Below the pieces are notes generated by a model. That model had not been told where the DNA came from. It saw nothing but the letters and a program-made list of their open reading frames with translations, and searched no databases. The position numbers were made by a program, and so were the translations under genes. Positions 1 through 7,939 of a stretch of 20,000 nt of DNA are shown here, piece by piece. This stretch comes from an uncultured virus (IMG/VR IMGVR_UViG_3300023174_000066) (Duplodnaviria > Heunggongvirae > Uroviricota > Caudoviricetes): the IMG/VR virus record IMGVR_UViG_3300023174_000066, one strand, 5' to 3'. Position 1 is the stretch's first letter. Each line of letters begins with the position of its first letter.

Positions 1-695
1 ACGACATAGAAGCCGTCTTTTGCCTTGATTGTGCCACGCTCGGGGTTCTGCGTAATGGTCAGTTCTCGTCTGCCGTCAATCAGTCCATAGACCACCGAGA
101 GAACTTTCGGGTCAATCAGACCAATCTCGTCAATGAGCAAGACCTTACCCTGCTCGGCACAACGAGTGAGTGCGCCGTCAACCCACTCAAAGCCACCCGA
201 GGGAGTTTGGACATAGCCACCAACGAGGTCAGCAACTTCCGTATCCCCAGAGCCGAGGATTGTTTCCAGTTCCTCACCAAAGGTTGCCTCAACGAGTGCT
301 GTCTTACCGCACCCTGGCGCACCATAGAACAGAGCGTATTGGCTGGTTTCGCGCAACTTGCGAAGTACCTCAACATCAACATTCTCGGAAGTACCCCAGT
401 TACGCGAGTAGTAGAGTTCACCATTCGGGCGAGGGTAAGAGGTTTCACCCGACAGGGTTTCTGCTTCCACGATTTTCGCTTTCTTGGTTGTGCCAGTTCC
501 TCGCTTGGTGAGAGTTCCAGCAATCGGGGTGTGAGCCGAGAGCGTGTCGCTGTCAGCGAGAGTTGAGGAGTATCCCTGACCTGCTACCGCAGTCAAGAGT
601 TCTCCAAGACCCTCATACATTCTATCAGTTGTGGCGATACGCTCTCTGTCTGATAGTGATTGGAGTTCCATATCTGTAATGGTGTTCGTAGGCAT
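1..695 (-). CDS. MoxR/CbbQ/NirQ-type AAA+ ATPase (C-terminus runs off the window)
   Basis: Not in the ORF track; translated manually. ATG at 695 with GAAAGGA SD. MPTNTITDME...YALFYGAPGCGKT (Walker A)...DLVGGYVQTPSGGFEWVDGALTRCAEQGKVLLIDE (Walker B)...ELTITQNPERGTIKAKDGFYV. The frame is open to the window edge. Confidence 0.9.
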   Translation of the reverse strand, partial: MPTNTITDMELQSLSDRERIATTDRMYEGLGELLTAVAGQGYSSTLADSDTLSAHTPIAGTLTKRGTGTTKKAKIVEAETLSGETSYPRPNGELYYSRNWGTSENVDVEVLRKLRETSQYALFYGAPGCGKTALVEATFGEELETILGSGDTEVADLVGGYVQTPSGGFEWVDGALTRCAEQGKVLLIDEIGLIDPKVLSVVYGLIDGRRELTITQNPERGTIKAKDGFYV

Positions 696-710
696 TTTGG
701 TTGTCCTTTC

Positions 711-1214
711 CTATTCTACGATTTCGGTAATTAGTTCCTCGGGGAAGTTGGCTTCCTTACGAGCGCGACCAATCCTGCGGATTAGTGCTTGTGGTGTGTT
801 CCAAGAAACCGTGTCAATCAAATCCTCTAACGAGAACTCAATGGCGAGAGGCTTCTCAACTAACTCCCAGTCGCTATTGTAAAGATTGTTGAGGAGAGTT
901 GTCAAATCAACAATCGTTTTGTTGGCAAGCGAGAGCGCGAGTTCGGGGGTGTCCATTTCTTGTATCTCCCCGACACACATCTCTTTGCGGAAACTGACAA
1001 CATCTGTGTTTGCTGTGGCATAGCACCGCCACGGCTTTTTTGGTGACCACGAGGAAATCTGCCTACGCCAAGTGGAAACTGGAACATACTTCCCAGTATT
1101 GTCAATGCCCTCGGGAGTGAGGATAATCTGGGCTGTGTTTACGCCCTTGCGGAACTCCAAGTAGAGTGCCTTGCCAACGAGGTTGGCGTGGTTGGGGATT
1201 GCTTCGTCAGTCAT
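711..1214 (-). CDS. Hypothetical protein (167 aa)
   Basis: GAAAGGA SD before the ATG, own promoter upstream, stop 15 nt before the ATPase start. Confidence 0.85.
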   Translation of the reverse strand: MTDEAIPNHANLVGKALYLEFRKGVNTAQIILTPEGIDNTGKYVPVSTWRRQISSWSPKKPWRCYATANTDVVSFRKEMCVGEIQEMDTPELALSLANKTIVDLTTLLNNLYNSDWELVEKPLAIEFSLEDLIDTVSWNTPQALIRRIGRARKEANFPEELITEIVE

Positions 1215-1250
1215 TTTATGTCCTTTCGCTGACTGGTGGTTTTTGCTTAC

Positions 1251-1285
1251 AGGTCAAATCTAGTCGTTTTTTCGCTTCGTGTCAA
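1251..1285 (-). promoter_or_regulatory. Sigma70/SigA-type promoter TTGACA-N17-TAGATT followed by TGACCT
   Basis: -35 TTGACA at 1285-1280, -10 TAGATT at 1262-1257, 17-nt spacer. Confidence 0.75.
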
Positions 1286-1292
1286 GTTGGGA

Positions 1293-1862
1293 TTAGTAGT
1301 GGAAATAAACTGGCACGAGATATTGCTTCTGGGGTTCTTTTTCACAGCGTTCAGAGAAGTGAGCGAGAGTTGGGTAGCCAGTTTCCAAATCAAAGAACCT
1401 ACTGTCTGCTGTCCATTCCCCGCTCAACATATCAATAACTCTTTTGAGTTGCCAGAACTCCATAGACGAGGGAACTTTGATTGATGAATAAGAACTGTAT
1501 TCAGTAACAAGAGTGTTGAGGTCAATGCCAACAGGCATACATTCCCTCATCTCTTGCTTCACATCAGAAGCGAACCGAGCCAGCGTGTATTCCGCGAGTT
1601 CGGGGTCATCTGCGTAGCAGAGGATATCGGGTGCGCTGAAAGAGGGTTTTATGCCCTCTATCTCTTTCTCCGCTGTTTCTTTTATCTGCGCCTCTGTGAG
1701 GAACACGCCACCAGTCCAGCGACCAGCAAATGGTGGCATACCAGCAGCGTTGTGATAGTCCGACCACTCGGGGTTGATGTGTTCAGTAATCATAAAGCCT
1801 ACGCGCCCATAGGCTTCGGCTTCGCTGTCTGCTGTGACAAGCATGATTTGTATCGTGTGCAT
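1293..1862 (-). CDS. Hypothetical protein (189 aa, MHTIQIMLVTAD...)
   Basis: Start moved to ATG 1862, which has an AGAAAGGG SD and lies downstream of the promoter. Confidence 0.8.
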   Translation of the reverse strand: MHTIQIMLVTADSEAEAYGRVGFMITEHINPEWSDYHNAAGMPPFAGRWTGGVFLTEAQIKETAEKEIEGIKPSFSAPDILCYADDPELAEYTLARFASDVKQEMRECMPVGIDLNTLVTEYSSYSSIKVPSSMEFWQLKRVIDMLSGEWTADSRFFDLETGYPTLAHFSERCEKEPQKQYLVPVYFHY

Positions 1863-1884
1863 CTTGCGCCCTTTCTTGACGGTT

Positions 1885-1919
1885 AGGTCAAATCTAGCGC
1901 ACACGCCGATACTTCGCAA
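1885..1919 (-). promoter_or_regulatory. Promoter TTGCGA-N17-TAGATT followed by TGACCT
   Basis: Shares the 13-mer CTAGATTTGACCT with the promoter at 1251-1285; 17-nt spacer. Confidence 0.65.
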
Positions 1920-1980
1920 GTCGCAATGCTCACGGTTGAGATTTTTTGAGGACTACCTCGCCTGCACTTCTTTTTGAGTG

Positions 1981-2205
1981 TTAGGGGTAGATAACAGGTG
2001 TGTAGCATGCCTCGCAGGCTAGCCACATGTCTTGGTCGCTCTTGTCGACTACGACTACGAATGAGTAAAGCTCTCCGTCTATATATCCAACATCTTCTTG
2101 ACATGCCTCGCAATGGGGGATGTCGTATTCATCTAGGTAGCCCGCAGCTTCCGCCTTCGCAAGGTCGGACGAAGATGAGACGAGAAAGATATCGAATTGC
2201 TCCAT
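1981..2205 (-). CDS. Small acidic protein with two CEAC (CxxC) motifs, probable zinc binder; leaderless
   Basis: CEAC...CEAC. A -10 TACTAT sits 6 nt before the ATG. Confidence 0.75.
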   Translation of the reverse strand: MEQFDIFLVSSSSDLAKAEAAGYLDEYDIPHCEACQEDVGYIDGELYSFVVVVDKSDQDMWLACEACYTPVIYP

Positions 2206-2245
2206 AGGTATATAGTACCCGATTTGCCATCGGTTGAGATTTGTG

Positions 2246-2509
2246 CTACGGGGTCATGCCGCGGTTCGAGGCGCGCCACACACTGGCCGAGTGATTCTCT
2301 TCTACCTCGAGCTTGTGCTCAGCGTCGTCGTACAAACGAATGATGTGGATGCAAGGGTCCCCTCCGTCAGAGAATTCTGCATCTTCGGTCTCACTCATCG
2401 GCACGCCATCATGCGTTTCGCATATGGGCGCGCCTGCCCATCCGTTATCAAATCCGATGCGCACCCAGGCCTCGAAGTCCATCGGTTCATTGTCTACAGG
2501 TTCCAGCAT
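2246..2509 (-). CDS. Hypothetical acidic protein (87 aa)
   Basis: GAGAGG SD; extended -10 TGGTATAGT upstream at about 2547-2555; CETHDG and DPCIH motifs. Confidence 0.75.
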   Translation of the reverse strand: MLEPVDNEPMDFEAWVRIGFDNGWAGAPICETHDGVPMSETEDAEFSDGGDPCIHIIRLYDDAEHKLEVEENHSASVWRASNRGMTP

Positions 2510-2571
2510 GCCGAGCCTCTCATTTGTTATCGGTTAAGTACTTCACACTATACCAGGCCGGAAGCTCAAAT

Positions 2572-2604
2572 AAAAAGAAACGCTCCCAACTTTCGTGGGG
2601 AGCG
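2572..2604 (-). terminator. Intrinsic terminator
   Basis: CGCTCCCCAC-GAAA-GTTGGGAGCG followed by TTTCTTTTT on the - strand. Confidence 0.85.
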
Positions 2605-2621
2605 CTCTTGAGGAGAGTTAG

Positions 2622-2762
2622 TTACTCGGCTGCGGCTTCTTCTTCGTCGCCTTCAACGTCGTCAGCGTCATCTTCGACAACGGCTGCTTCTGCTTCTTCG
2701 ATTTCTTCAGCTTCAACTTCAGCTTCAACTTCAACCTCGTGGTCGATGTTCTCTTCGGTCAT
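2622..2762 (-). CDS. 46-aa extremely acidic protein
   Basis: Not in the ORF track. MTEENIDHEVEVEAEVEAEEIEEAEAAVVEDDADDVEGDEEEAAAE. AAAAGGAA SD, extended -10 TGATATCAT at 2829-2821, terminator directly downstream. Confidence 0.8.
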   Translation of the reverse strand: MTEENIDHEVEVEAEVEAEEIEEAEAAVVEDDADDVEGDEEEAAAE

Positions 2763-2872
2763 GATTTATTTCCTTTTGCTAGGTGTGCGGGACGAAATGT
2801 TCGTAAAACCATTTCACTAAATGATATCACGTTTCTGGTCCTGAGTCTGGCCGGCCGATCGAGCTGCGGGTT

Positions 2873-2900
2873 AACTTTGAATGAACGTTCGTTGGAAGTT
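2873..2900. repeat. Inverted pair of the AACTTnnAACGAA motif (operator-like)
   Basis: AACTTTGAATGAA-CG-TTCGTTGGAAGTT, intergenic. Confidence 0.7.
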
Positions 2901-2934
2901 TTGCCGGATGCGGGATGGCGCTGCCGGTAAAATT

Positions 2935-3720
2935 TTAATCAACGCTCGTGAAAAGTTTTGATGTCTCGGCCAATTTCCTGAGCGTCCCTGGATTTGGGAT
3001 GCCCGACGCGCGATCTCCCTGGAAACCAAGGCTTCGTTCAAAGTTTGCGAAGGCGGACCTGGTCTTGTGATCAAACTCGCCGCGGGGGGCACCGCGAAGA
3101 CCAACCACTGCAGACAATGCCAGTTGTATAATAACAACACTGGGGTGCTTTAGACCTGGTCGGATGATGGAGCTGTGTACAACGGGGAGCTTTGTTTCCT
3201 TCGTTGAAAGTTTTAGATCTGAGCCGGCCGCGCTCAACTTTGGACGAGCGAATGCGAGCACTTCGTAAACGTAACGCGTCCGTCGGTAGACACCGTTCTT
3301 TGCTGAGCTACCCTTTGGCAGGCCAGGATCGGTTTGACCTTCGATGCACTGGAACATGCCGTGCTTCGTGAAATGTTCGACGTCCGTTACCAGGCCAACG
3401 TGTGGCTGGCCGAACGGGATGATGTTTGAATCTGATGACGGTTGAAAGAATACGATGTCACCAGGCCGGGGATTTTTGTAGATGAGGTTATCTGAGATGT
3501 AACGAGCAAGAATGCTAGCGGTTAAAACATGGGACGCGCATACCAGGCCTGCACGTTTGATGACGACGTCCAGGAAGGCACCTGCCCAGGGAATGCCTGG
3601 TTGGCCGACGGTCTGTGAAAACATATCCGCTTGTTGGAACGGGGCCGTGTATCCAATGTACTTTTCAGCTTCGGTTATTAAAAGTGCTGCCTGCTTACTG
3701 GCCCTACTGATTTTTATCAT
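2935..3720 (-). CDS. CHAP-like domain plus C-terminal peptidoglycan-binding (PG_binding_1-like) domain; catalytic Cys apparently replaced by Ala
   Basis: AEKYIGY...PWAGAF...PRPGDIVFF...HVGLV...IEGQT, then IRPGLKHPSVVIIQLAL...GEFDHKTRSAFANFERSLG...GIPNPGT. ATG 3720 has a GAGGAG SD. Confidence 0.75.
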   Translation of the reverse strand: MIKISRASKQAALLITEAEKYIGYTAPFQQADMFSQTVGQPGIPWAGAFLDVVIKRAGLVCASHVLTASILARYISDNLIYKNPRPGDIVFFQPSSDSNIIPFGQPHVGLVTDVEHFTKHGMFQCIEGQTDPGLPKGSSAKNGVYRRTRYVYEVLAFARPKLSAAGSDLKLSTKETKLPVVHSSIIRPGLKHPSVVIIQLALSAVVGLRGAPRGEFDHKTRSAFANFERSLGFQGDRASGIPNPGTLRKLAETSKLFTSVD

Positions 3721-3874
3721 ACAACTGCTCCTCAAGCATGTTGACTAGCTGGGCCGCTTCGTTGGCCCTTGCTGTCAATCTTACATGCTCGATTCGAGTT
3801 GTGGCAAGTTTTACGTCGTCAAGCATATGTCTTGCTAAAACTTTTGCGTACTCGAGTAGCGCTGGATTTGTCAT
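3704..3874 (-). CDS. Hypothetical protein (56 aa, MTNPALLEYAKVLARHMLDD...)
   Basis: Not in the ORF track. ATGA overlap with the upstream stop; fills the gap between two genes. Confidence 0.7.
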   Translation of the reverse strand: MTNPALLEYAKVLARHMLDDVKLATTRIEHVRLTARANEAAQLVNMLEEQLYDKNQ

Positions 3875-4866
3875 TCGTTCGTTGTTTCTTTCTCTTCGGT
3901 GCTGTTTGGAGTTTCCTGGATGACCTCGACGTCAATGATCTTTGAATCAGCTTCGTTCGAAGTTTTACCGGATGCGGCCGCTGCGGGCTCATCACCTGGA
4001 ATGTTTACACCAGCGTCGTGCAATCTTGCCGCTGCACTGGATGCATTGATCGCCAGTCGCTGTAGACGTTCGGCAATGACGGACGCTGCGGGACGGGCGT
4101 CCAGTGTGATGTTTGCATCAAGCTCGACTCCGCCGCGGACGCCAGCTCGATCGAGGATCTCCGTCGCAGCTTTGAGCTTTACGGGTTCGGACTCTGCTGT
4201 TTCCATCATTTGTTCGAGGACGTCGACGGCGTACGGGGCCGCCTGGGTTAACTTTGCACGAGCTCGTTCGATGTCATCTCCGGGCCTGTGTTTTAAGGAT
4301 CTTAGGTGAACGCGACAGAGACCGTCATCTGCTAGACGTCCGGAAGACCACAACATGCAACGAAGCCCATCATCTTTGACAGCAGTGCATCTTGTTGGAA
4401 AGACTAGCGGTTGACGTTTTCCAGATATAGCCACGCCGCTCTCTTGTTCTTTGAGCCAAGCGCGCGTCGCGCCAATGACCCAAGGGGGGACAAGGTAATC
4501 GGTTGCTTCTTCCGCGATTAAGTCCAGGCCGGTGAGATAGTCGGAGTTTTTATTATCAGGATTAGTAAGGATGGGTTTTTTCTCATTGAGAGAAATGATT
4601 CGTTTCTGGGTGGCCATCTCTTCTGAGACTGCCTGGATGAGACCGGTTGGGATTCCGTTCGTTGCATATACGGGTAACCAGTTTAAGTGTGCTCGACGTA
4701 GGATGGCACGGTTCTCATATGTATCCTCACACACGCCGCGGTCGGTTTCTTCAATGCCGATGGCGGATAAGTCTGGCCTGATGTTCGGCATTGTGTTGAT
4801 TTCAACAATGGGCTTATCCGGTTCGGGTGTATCGAACGGGTCTAGTTCCGTGCCGTCTTTTATCAT
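3871..4866 (-). CDS. Zn-finger (HGGxSTG-like) protein resembling an actinophage terminase small subunit
   Basis: CTAVKDDGLRC...GLCRVH followed by RARAKLTQAAPYAVDVLEQMMETAESEPVKLKAATEILDRAG, a helical pattern I associate with TerS-like proteins. Start is ATG 4866 or TTG 4881. Confidence 0.55.
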   Translation of the reverse strand: MIKDGTELDPFDTPEPDKPIVEINTMPNIRPDLSAIGIEETDRGVCEDTYENRAILRRAHLNWLPVYATNGIPTGLIQAVSEEMATQKRIISLNEKKPILTNPDNKNSDYLTGLDLIAEEATDYLVPPWVIGATRAWLKEQESGVAISGKRQPLVFPTRCTAVKDDGLRCMLWSSGRLADDGLCRVHLRSLKHRPGDDIERARAKLTQAAPYAVDVLEQMMETAESEPVKLKAATEILDRAGVRGGVELDANITLDARPAASVIAERLQRLAINASSAAARLHDAGVNIPGDEPAAAASGKTSNEADSKIIDVEVIQETPNSTEEKETTNE

Positions 4867-5077
4867 ATGACTTTTTACCAACGTTCGTTAAAAGTTAGGC
4901 CGACGGGATGAAACTTGGGGAGAGGCTGCTCATCCCGTCGGGGTTCGTTGCATCTTGCGTATTGCAGCGAAGGGCCTCTTCCCACGAACTTCGTTAAAAG
5001 TTCGATGAGAACATCTTCTCACGGTTCCAGAAAGTTTTTTTGGCGTACGGTGAGAGATAGCAGGTTTCCTGGTTTAG

Positions 5078-5133
5078 AAACAAAAACAAAAACCCCGTAA
5101 AATCAAGGTTTTTGATTTTACGAGGTCTTGTTT
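5078..5133 (-). terminator. Long hairpin with T-rich tail, probable terminator (possibly bidirectional)
   Basis: CGTAAAATCAA (5096-5106) pairs with TTGATTTTACG (5112-5122) and the stem can be extended; GTTTTTGTTTTTG follows on the - strand. Confidence 0.7.
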
Positions 5134-5153
5134 AGAAAGTGCTTTGGATTTAC

Positions 5154-5342
5154 CTACTTACAATCGCAATGACCGCAACCGCAATTTCCTGCCATTGGCA
5201 GTTTTGCCGTGACACTTGGGTGGTCTACGCTAACCCAACGGCCACTATCTAGACGTACTACTTTTTCTGCTTGTGTACGAGAATTTTTAGACGCGCTTCC
5301 TACGAGTAGGTTTCTTAGCCACAGTTTCAGTTTCAGGAACAT
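5154..5342 (-). CDS. Small hypothetical protein with Cys-rich C-terminus (CGCGHCDC)
   Basis: ORF track; fits the - strand operon. Confidence 0.55.
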   Translation of the reverse strand: MFLKLKLWLRNLLVGSASKNSRTQAEKVVRLDSGRWVSVDHPSVTAKLPMAGNCGCGHCDCK

Positions 5343-5481
5343 TTATATTTTCACCTGCTTCCTTTTTCTCGTATCCGACATTGCACTCACACTCACACAC
5401 AAACTTGTCAAACTCTCCGACACAGCCTAAGCAGTGGTCGCAATTTTTGTGATGTGAGGTACTGCACCACCCGCAAATCAT
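5287..5481 (-). CDS. Small Cys-rich protein with basic tail
   Basis: CGWC...HKNC...CECEC; ATGA overlap with the upstream gene. Confidence 0.7.
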   Translation of the reverse strand: MICGWCSTSHHKNCDHCLGCVGEFDKFVCECECNVGYEKKEAGENINVPETETVAKKPTRRKRV

Positions 5482-6194
5482 CGGATTGCGTATCGAGTTT
5501 CTTTGTGGTGGTAAACCTTGATTGTAGGGTCAAGCATAATTTTGTATCCTTTCTCTCGGGCATTCATACACCAAGAGTAATCTTCTCCTACATTGCACTC
5601 AAAGTCAAGTCCGTCCCATTGGATACCTTTGATTCGAAACCACGGGCGGTCACAATTCTCAAAGACTCCCTGCTTCATAGCAACGAATCCAAATCCCACG
5701 CCAAAGACTTCTTGAACTTCTTCATTCATAAAAAAGTCAATTTCATTCACCATCTTGGGTCGTCCACTCTCGTCAAAGAACGAAACTGCGACGGTTCCAT
5801 CTGGGGAGGTTTGATACAGACCGCTAATCACATCTTCTTTGGATTGATAAAGCCTGACGAAATCTTCGACGTCCCACTCGATATCGGAGTCAATCCAAAT
5901 AATTTTGTCGTAGGTGAACTTGCCAGCGCCAATCTCGTTGGTCTCCCAGTTGTTTTTGTATTCGTCAATGGCGGTCAGTTCTCGTGCGCTCGGCACAAAG
6001 GAGGATTGCTTTGATAAAAACTTGTAGTCAAGCCCTTCACTATTCAGCCACTTGGTTGTCTCAACAAGACTGTTCACGTACTCGGAATGCATCACCTTTC
6101 CAGGTGTTGCAATAACTACGTGGTAGTGGGGCTTACTCGAGGAACTCGTCGATTGTTGTGGTGCACTGTCCATATGATTTACATCTTTCTTCAT
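5478..6194 (-). CDS. Glycosyltransferase-like protein (GT-A fold)
   Basis: VVIATPG, WIDSD (DxD), VISGLY, GVGFGFVAM, VGEDYSWC, IMLDPTIKVYHHK. The start may be ATG 6173. Confidence 0.75.
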   Translation of the reverse strand: MKKDVNHMDSAPQQSTSSSSKPHYHVVIATPGKVMHSEYVNSLVETTKWLNSEGLDYKFLSKQSSFVPSARELTAIDEYKNNWETNEIGAGKFTYDKIIWIDSDIEWDVEDFVRLYQSKEDVISGLYQTSPDGTVAVSFFDESGRPKMVNEIDFFMNEEVQEVFGVGFGFVAMKQGVFENCDRPWFRIKGIQWDGLDFECNVGEDYSWCMNAREKGYKIMLDPTIKVYHHKETRYAIR

Positions 6195-6357
6195 TCAGGT
6201 CGCACGAACTACACACCTTGCCATCGCCATCGCAATATCGGCAGTTAGTCCATTCGTCATTGATTGCTTCGCCATCTTCTTCAGATAGCCAGCCGTACTT
6301 AGGCAACTCGCCGGTACCGTCACAATACTCGCAGTCGTATAAGTCTGGCTTACTCAT
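6133..6357 (-). CDS. DnaJ-type CxxCxGxG zinc-finger protein
   Basis: CEYCDGTG...CRYCDGDG...CSSC. Confidence 0.7.
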   Translation of the reverse strand: MSKPDLYDCEYCDGTGELPKYGWLSEEDGEAINDEWTNCRYCDGDGKVCSSCDLNEERCKSYGQCTTTIDEFLE

Positions 6358-6697
6358 CGTCCTCGTCCTCGTCCTCGTCGTCGAAGATAGCGTCTTTTCC
6401 GTCGCTCATCTCCATCCATGCTTTAATCAGACGGTTTACTTCTTTGATGGGCATGACAGAGATTTTGTCCCAGTCTTCATTGTTAATGAGGCACAGTTGG
6501 AGAATATCCATAAGCACTACCATTTTTTTATCACCAGGAGTGAGCATGAATTGTCGCATCTGCATCATTGGCATCTCTTGTAATGAAATAAGCCTTATGA
6601 CACCAATGCTGGTCTCAATCGCAACTTGGTCGATCTCGTTGTAGCTATCAGCGATCATCTTCTCTTGTCGCTTAGTTAGTATTTTTCTTGTTGCCAC
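6350..6697 (-). CDS. Hypothetical protein (115 aa) with acidic tail; weak resemblance to tail assembly chaperones
   Basis: GTG 6697 has a GAGG SD and directly follows the upstream stop. The longer track ORF would overlap another gene. Confidence 0.65.
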   Translation of the reverse strand: MATRKILTKRQEKMIADSYNEIDQVAIETSIGVIRLISLQEMPMMQMRQFMLTPGDKKMVVLMDILQLCLINNEDWDKISVMPIKEVNRLIKAWMEMSDGKDAIFDDEDEDEDDE

Positions 6698-6698
6698 T

Positions 6699-6923
6699 TT
6701 AATCCTCTTCTGGGTCGAAGTAGTCGTTAAGGTCTCTTTCCCAGCAGACCCCTTCGCCATCGCATGTAAGCACGTCATTAAGGCATTCCCCACATACTGT
6801 ACCTTCTCCTGCACAATTAGGACAGTCAATAGTGAAGTCACGCAAATGAACGTCCCAACTTGCGCCGTTGCCCTCGCAAACGGAGCAGGTGATAAGTCGT
6901 TCATATTTACCCTTGCTTGTCAT
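6699..6923 (-). CDS. DnaJ-type CxxCxGxG zinc-finger protein
   Basis: CSVCEGNG...CPNCAGEG...CGEC; ATG 6923 overlaps the upstream stop (TAATG). Confidence 0.7.
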   Translation of the reverse strand: MTSKGKYERLITCSVCEGNGASWDVHLRDFTIDCPNCAGEGTVCGECLNDVLTCDGEGVCWERDLNDYFDPEED

Positions 6924-7393
6924 TAGATACCTGTTCGACAGTCTTGGCACAGAAGAGCATTCAATCCTGTGTCTTGGTCATAAACTACAGTACCAGATTT
7001 TGTGATTACTGTCGGACTAATTGGTCCTTGTTTTCCACAGCGGTCACACTGTCGTGGAGCAATCCATTCAATCACATGTCCTCGTTCAATCGATGCAAGC
7101 ATTCCTCGAGAGAGAGCATGCTCTGGTCCAGGTCCCATCGTCTTTCGAATAAACAGTCTAACGTCTTCAACCTTAATTACAGGACGAATCTCTTTGCATC
7201 GACAATCAATGCGAGAGGGAGTGCAAGCAACAAATCCACCATCAAAACTTTCGTGGACCTTTACTGAGTGACCGCAGACACAAATTCTTTTGTCTCGATC
7301 AGACCTTCCGCTCTTACGAATTTTTTCGTCAGCGGTCTTGAGTTCCTCAATCGTAAAATCGAGAAATCCCATCGGGTTATTTTCTTGTTCCAT
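6923..7393 (-). CDS. Cys-rich hypothetical protein; leaderless
   Basis: CVCGH...C...CRC...CDRC...CQDC; TGA-TACACT-N6-ATG at 7393. Confidence 0.8.
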   Translation of the reverse strand: MEQENNPMGFLDFTIEELKTADEKIRKSGRSDRDKRICVCGHSVKVHESFDGGFVACTPSRIDCRCKEIRPVIKVEDVRLFIRKTMGPGPEHALSRGMLASIERGHVIEWIAPRQCDRCGKQGPISPTVITKSGTVVYDQDTGLNALLCQDCRTGI

Positions 7394-7408
7394 ACCCAAA
7401 GTGTATCA

Positions 7409-7660
7409 TAAACTTTCCTAATTATCCTAATTTTCTAATTGTCAATCGGTTTTTGGGCCCCCTATACACATACGTACACGCGTATAGAGAATTCAATTGA
7501 CATTTATAGTATTAGGATTTATCATTGCCCTACTATCCACTTCGAGCAAAAGTTTTTTCCAAAAACGGATAGTATTATTTATACCCCTCTGTTTTTTACT
7601 ATCCACTTCTGGTTTTACTTTTTCTTCAAAAGTGATAGTATTATTTTATCACCTAATCTG
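7409..7660. repeat. AT-rich divergent intergenic region with iteron-like repeats (candidate replication origin)
   Basis: TACTATCCACTTC at 7531 and 7597; GATAGTATTATTT at 7568 and 7634 (66-bp period); ATAGTATTA also at 7506; CTAATT three times at about 7418-7440. Confidence 0.6.
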
Positions 7661-7672
7661 AACAGGAGTAAA

Positions 7673-7912
7673 ATGTCATACATTATCCTTGGAATCACCT
7701 ACTTTTTTACTTCTTTATTATACATTTTATGGCCTGTTGCCCTCCTCGTAATGCTTACAAAAGTGTCCAAATTTAAGATTGCACTACCCATTACAATCGT
7801 CATTTCCGTCTCAGCTTTTCTTCTTGGACACCAAGCTTTCCTACTCGCAGGGGCAATAGTCTTCCTTATCAGCATTCTTTTTTATCTGATTGGCGACTAC
7901 GTAATCTGGTAA
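7673..7912 (+). CDS. Small multi-pass membrane protein (79 aa)
   Basis: AGGAG SD before ATG 7673; about three hydrophobic segments. Confidence 0.7.
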   Translation: MSYIILGITYFFTSLLYILWPVALLVMLTKVSKFKIALPITIVISVSAFLLGHQAFLLAGAIVFLISILFYLIGDYVIW

Positions 7913-7939
7913 ACTAGAGGTACACCAACCTAGAAAGTT

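Noticed and set aside
116..882. Track ORFs 116-523, 170-511, 207-566 and 631-882
   Set aside because: Shadow frames of the AAA+ ATPase and its neighbour; no SD or recognisable motifs.
2524..2820. Ser-rich + strand ORF
   Set aside because: Antisense read of the Glu/Asp-rich 46-aa gene, which has SD, promoter and terminator.
5096..5122. Hairpin as a dif/Xer site
   Set aside because: The arms do not resemble the XerC/XerD consensus, and a T-rich tail makes a terminator the simpler explanation.
6698..6904. N-terminal extension of the 6350-6904 ORF
   Set aside because: It overlaps the zinc-finger gene 6699-6923; GTG 6697 with an SD is more plausible.
7439..7672. N-terminal extension of the 7439-7912 ORF
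   Set aside because: It runs through the AT-rich repeat region from a TTG without SD, whereas ATG 7673 has a good SD.
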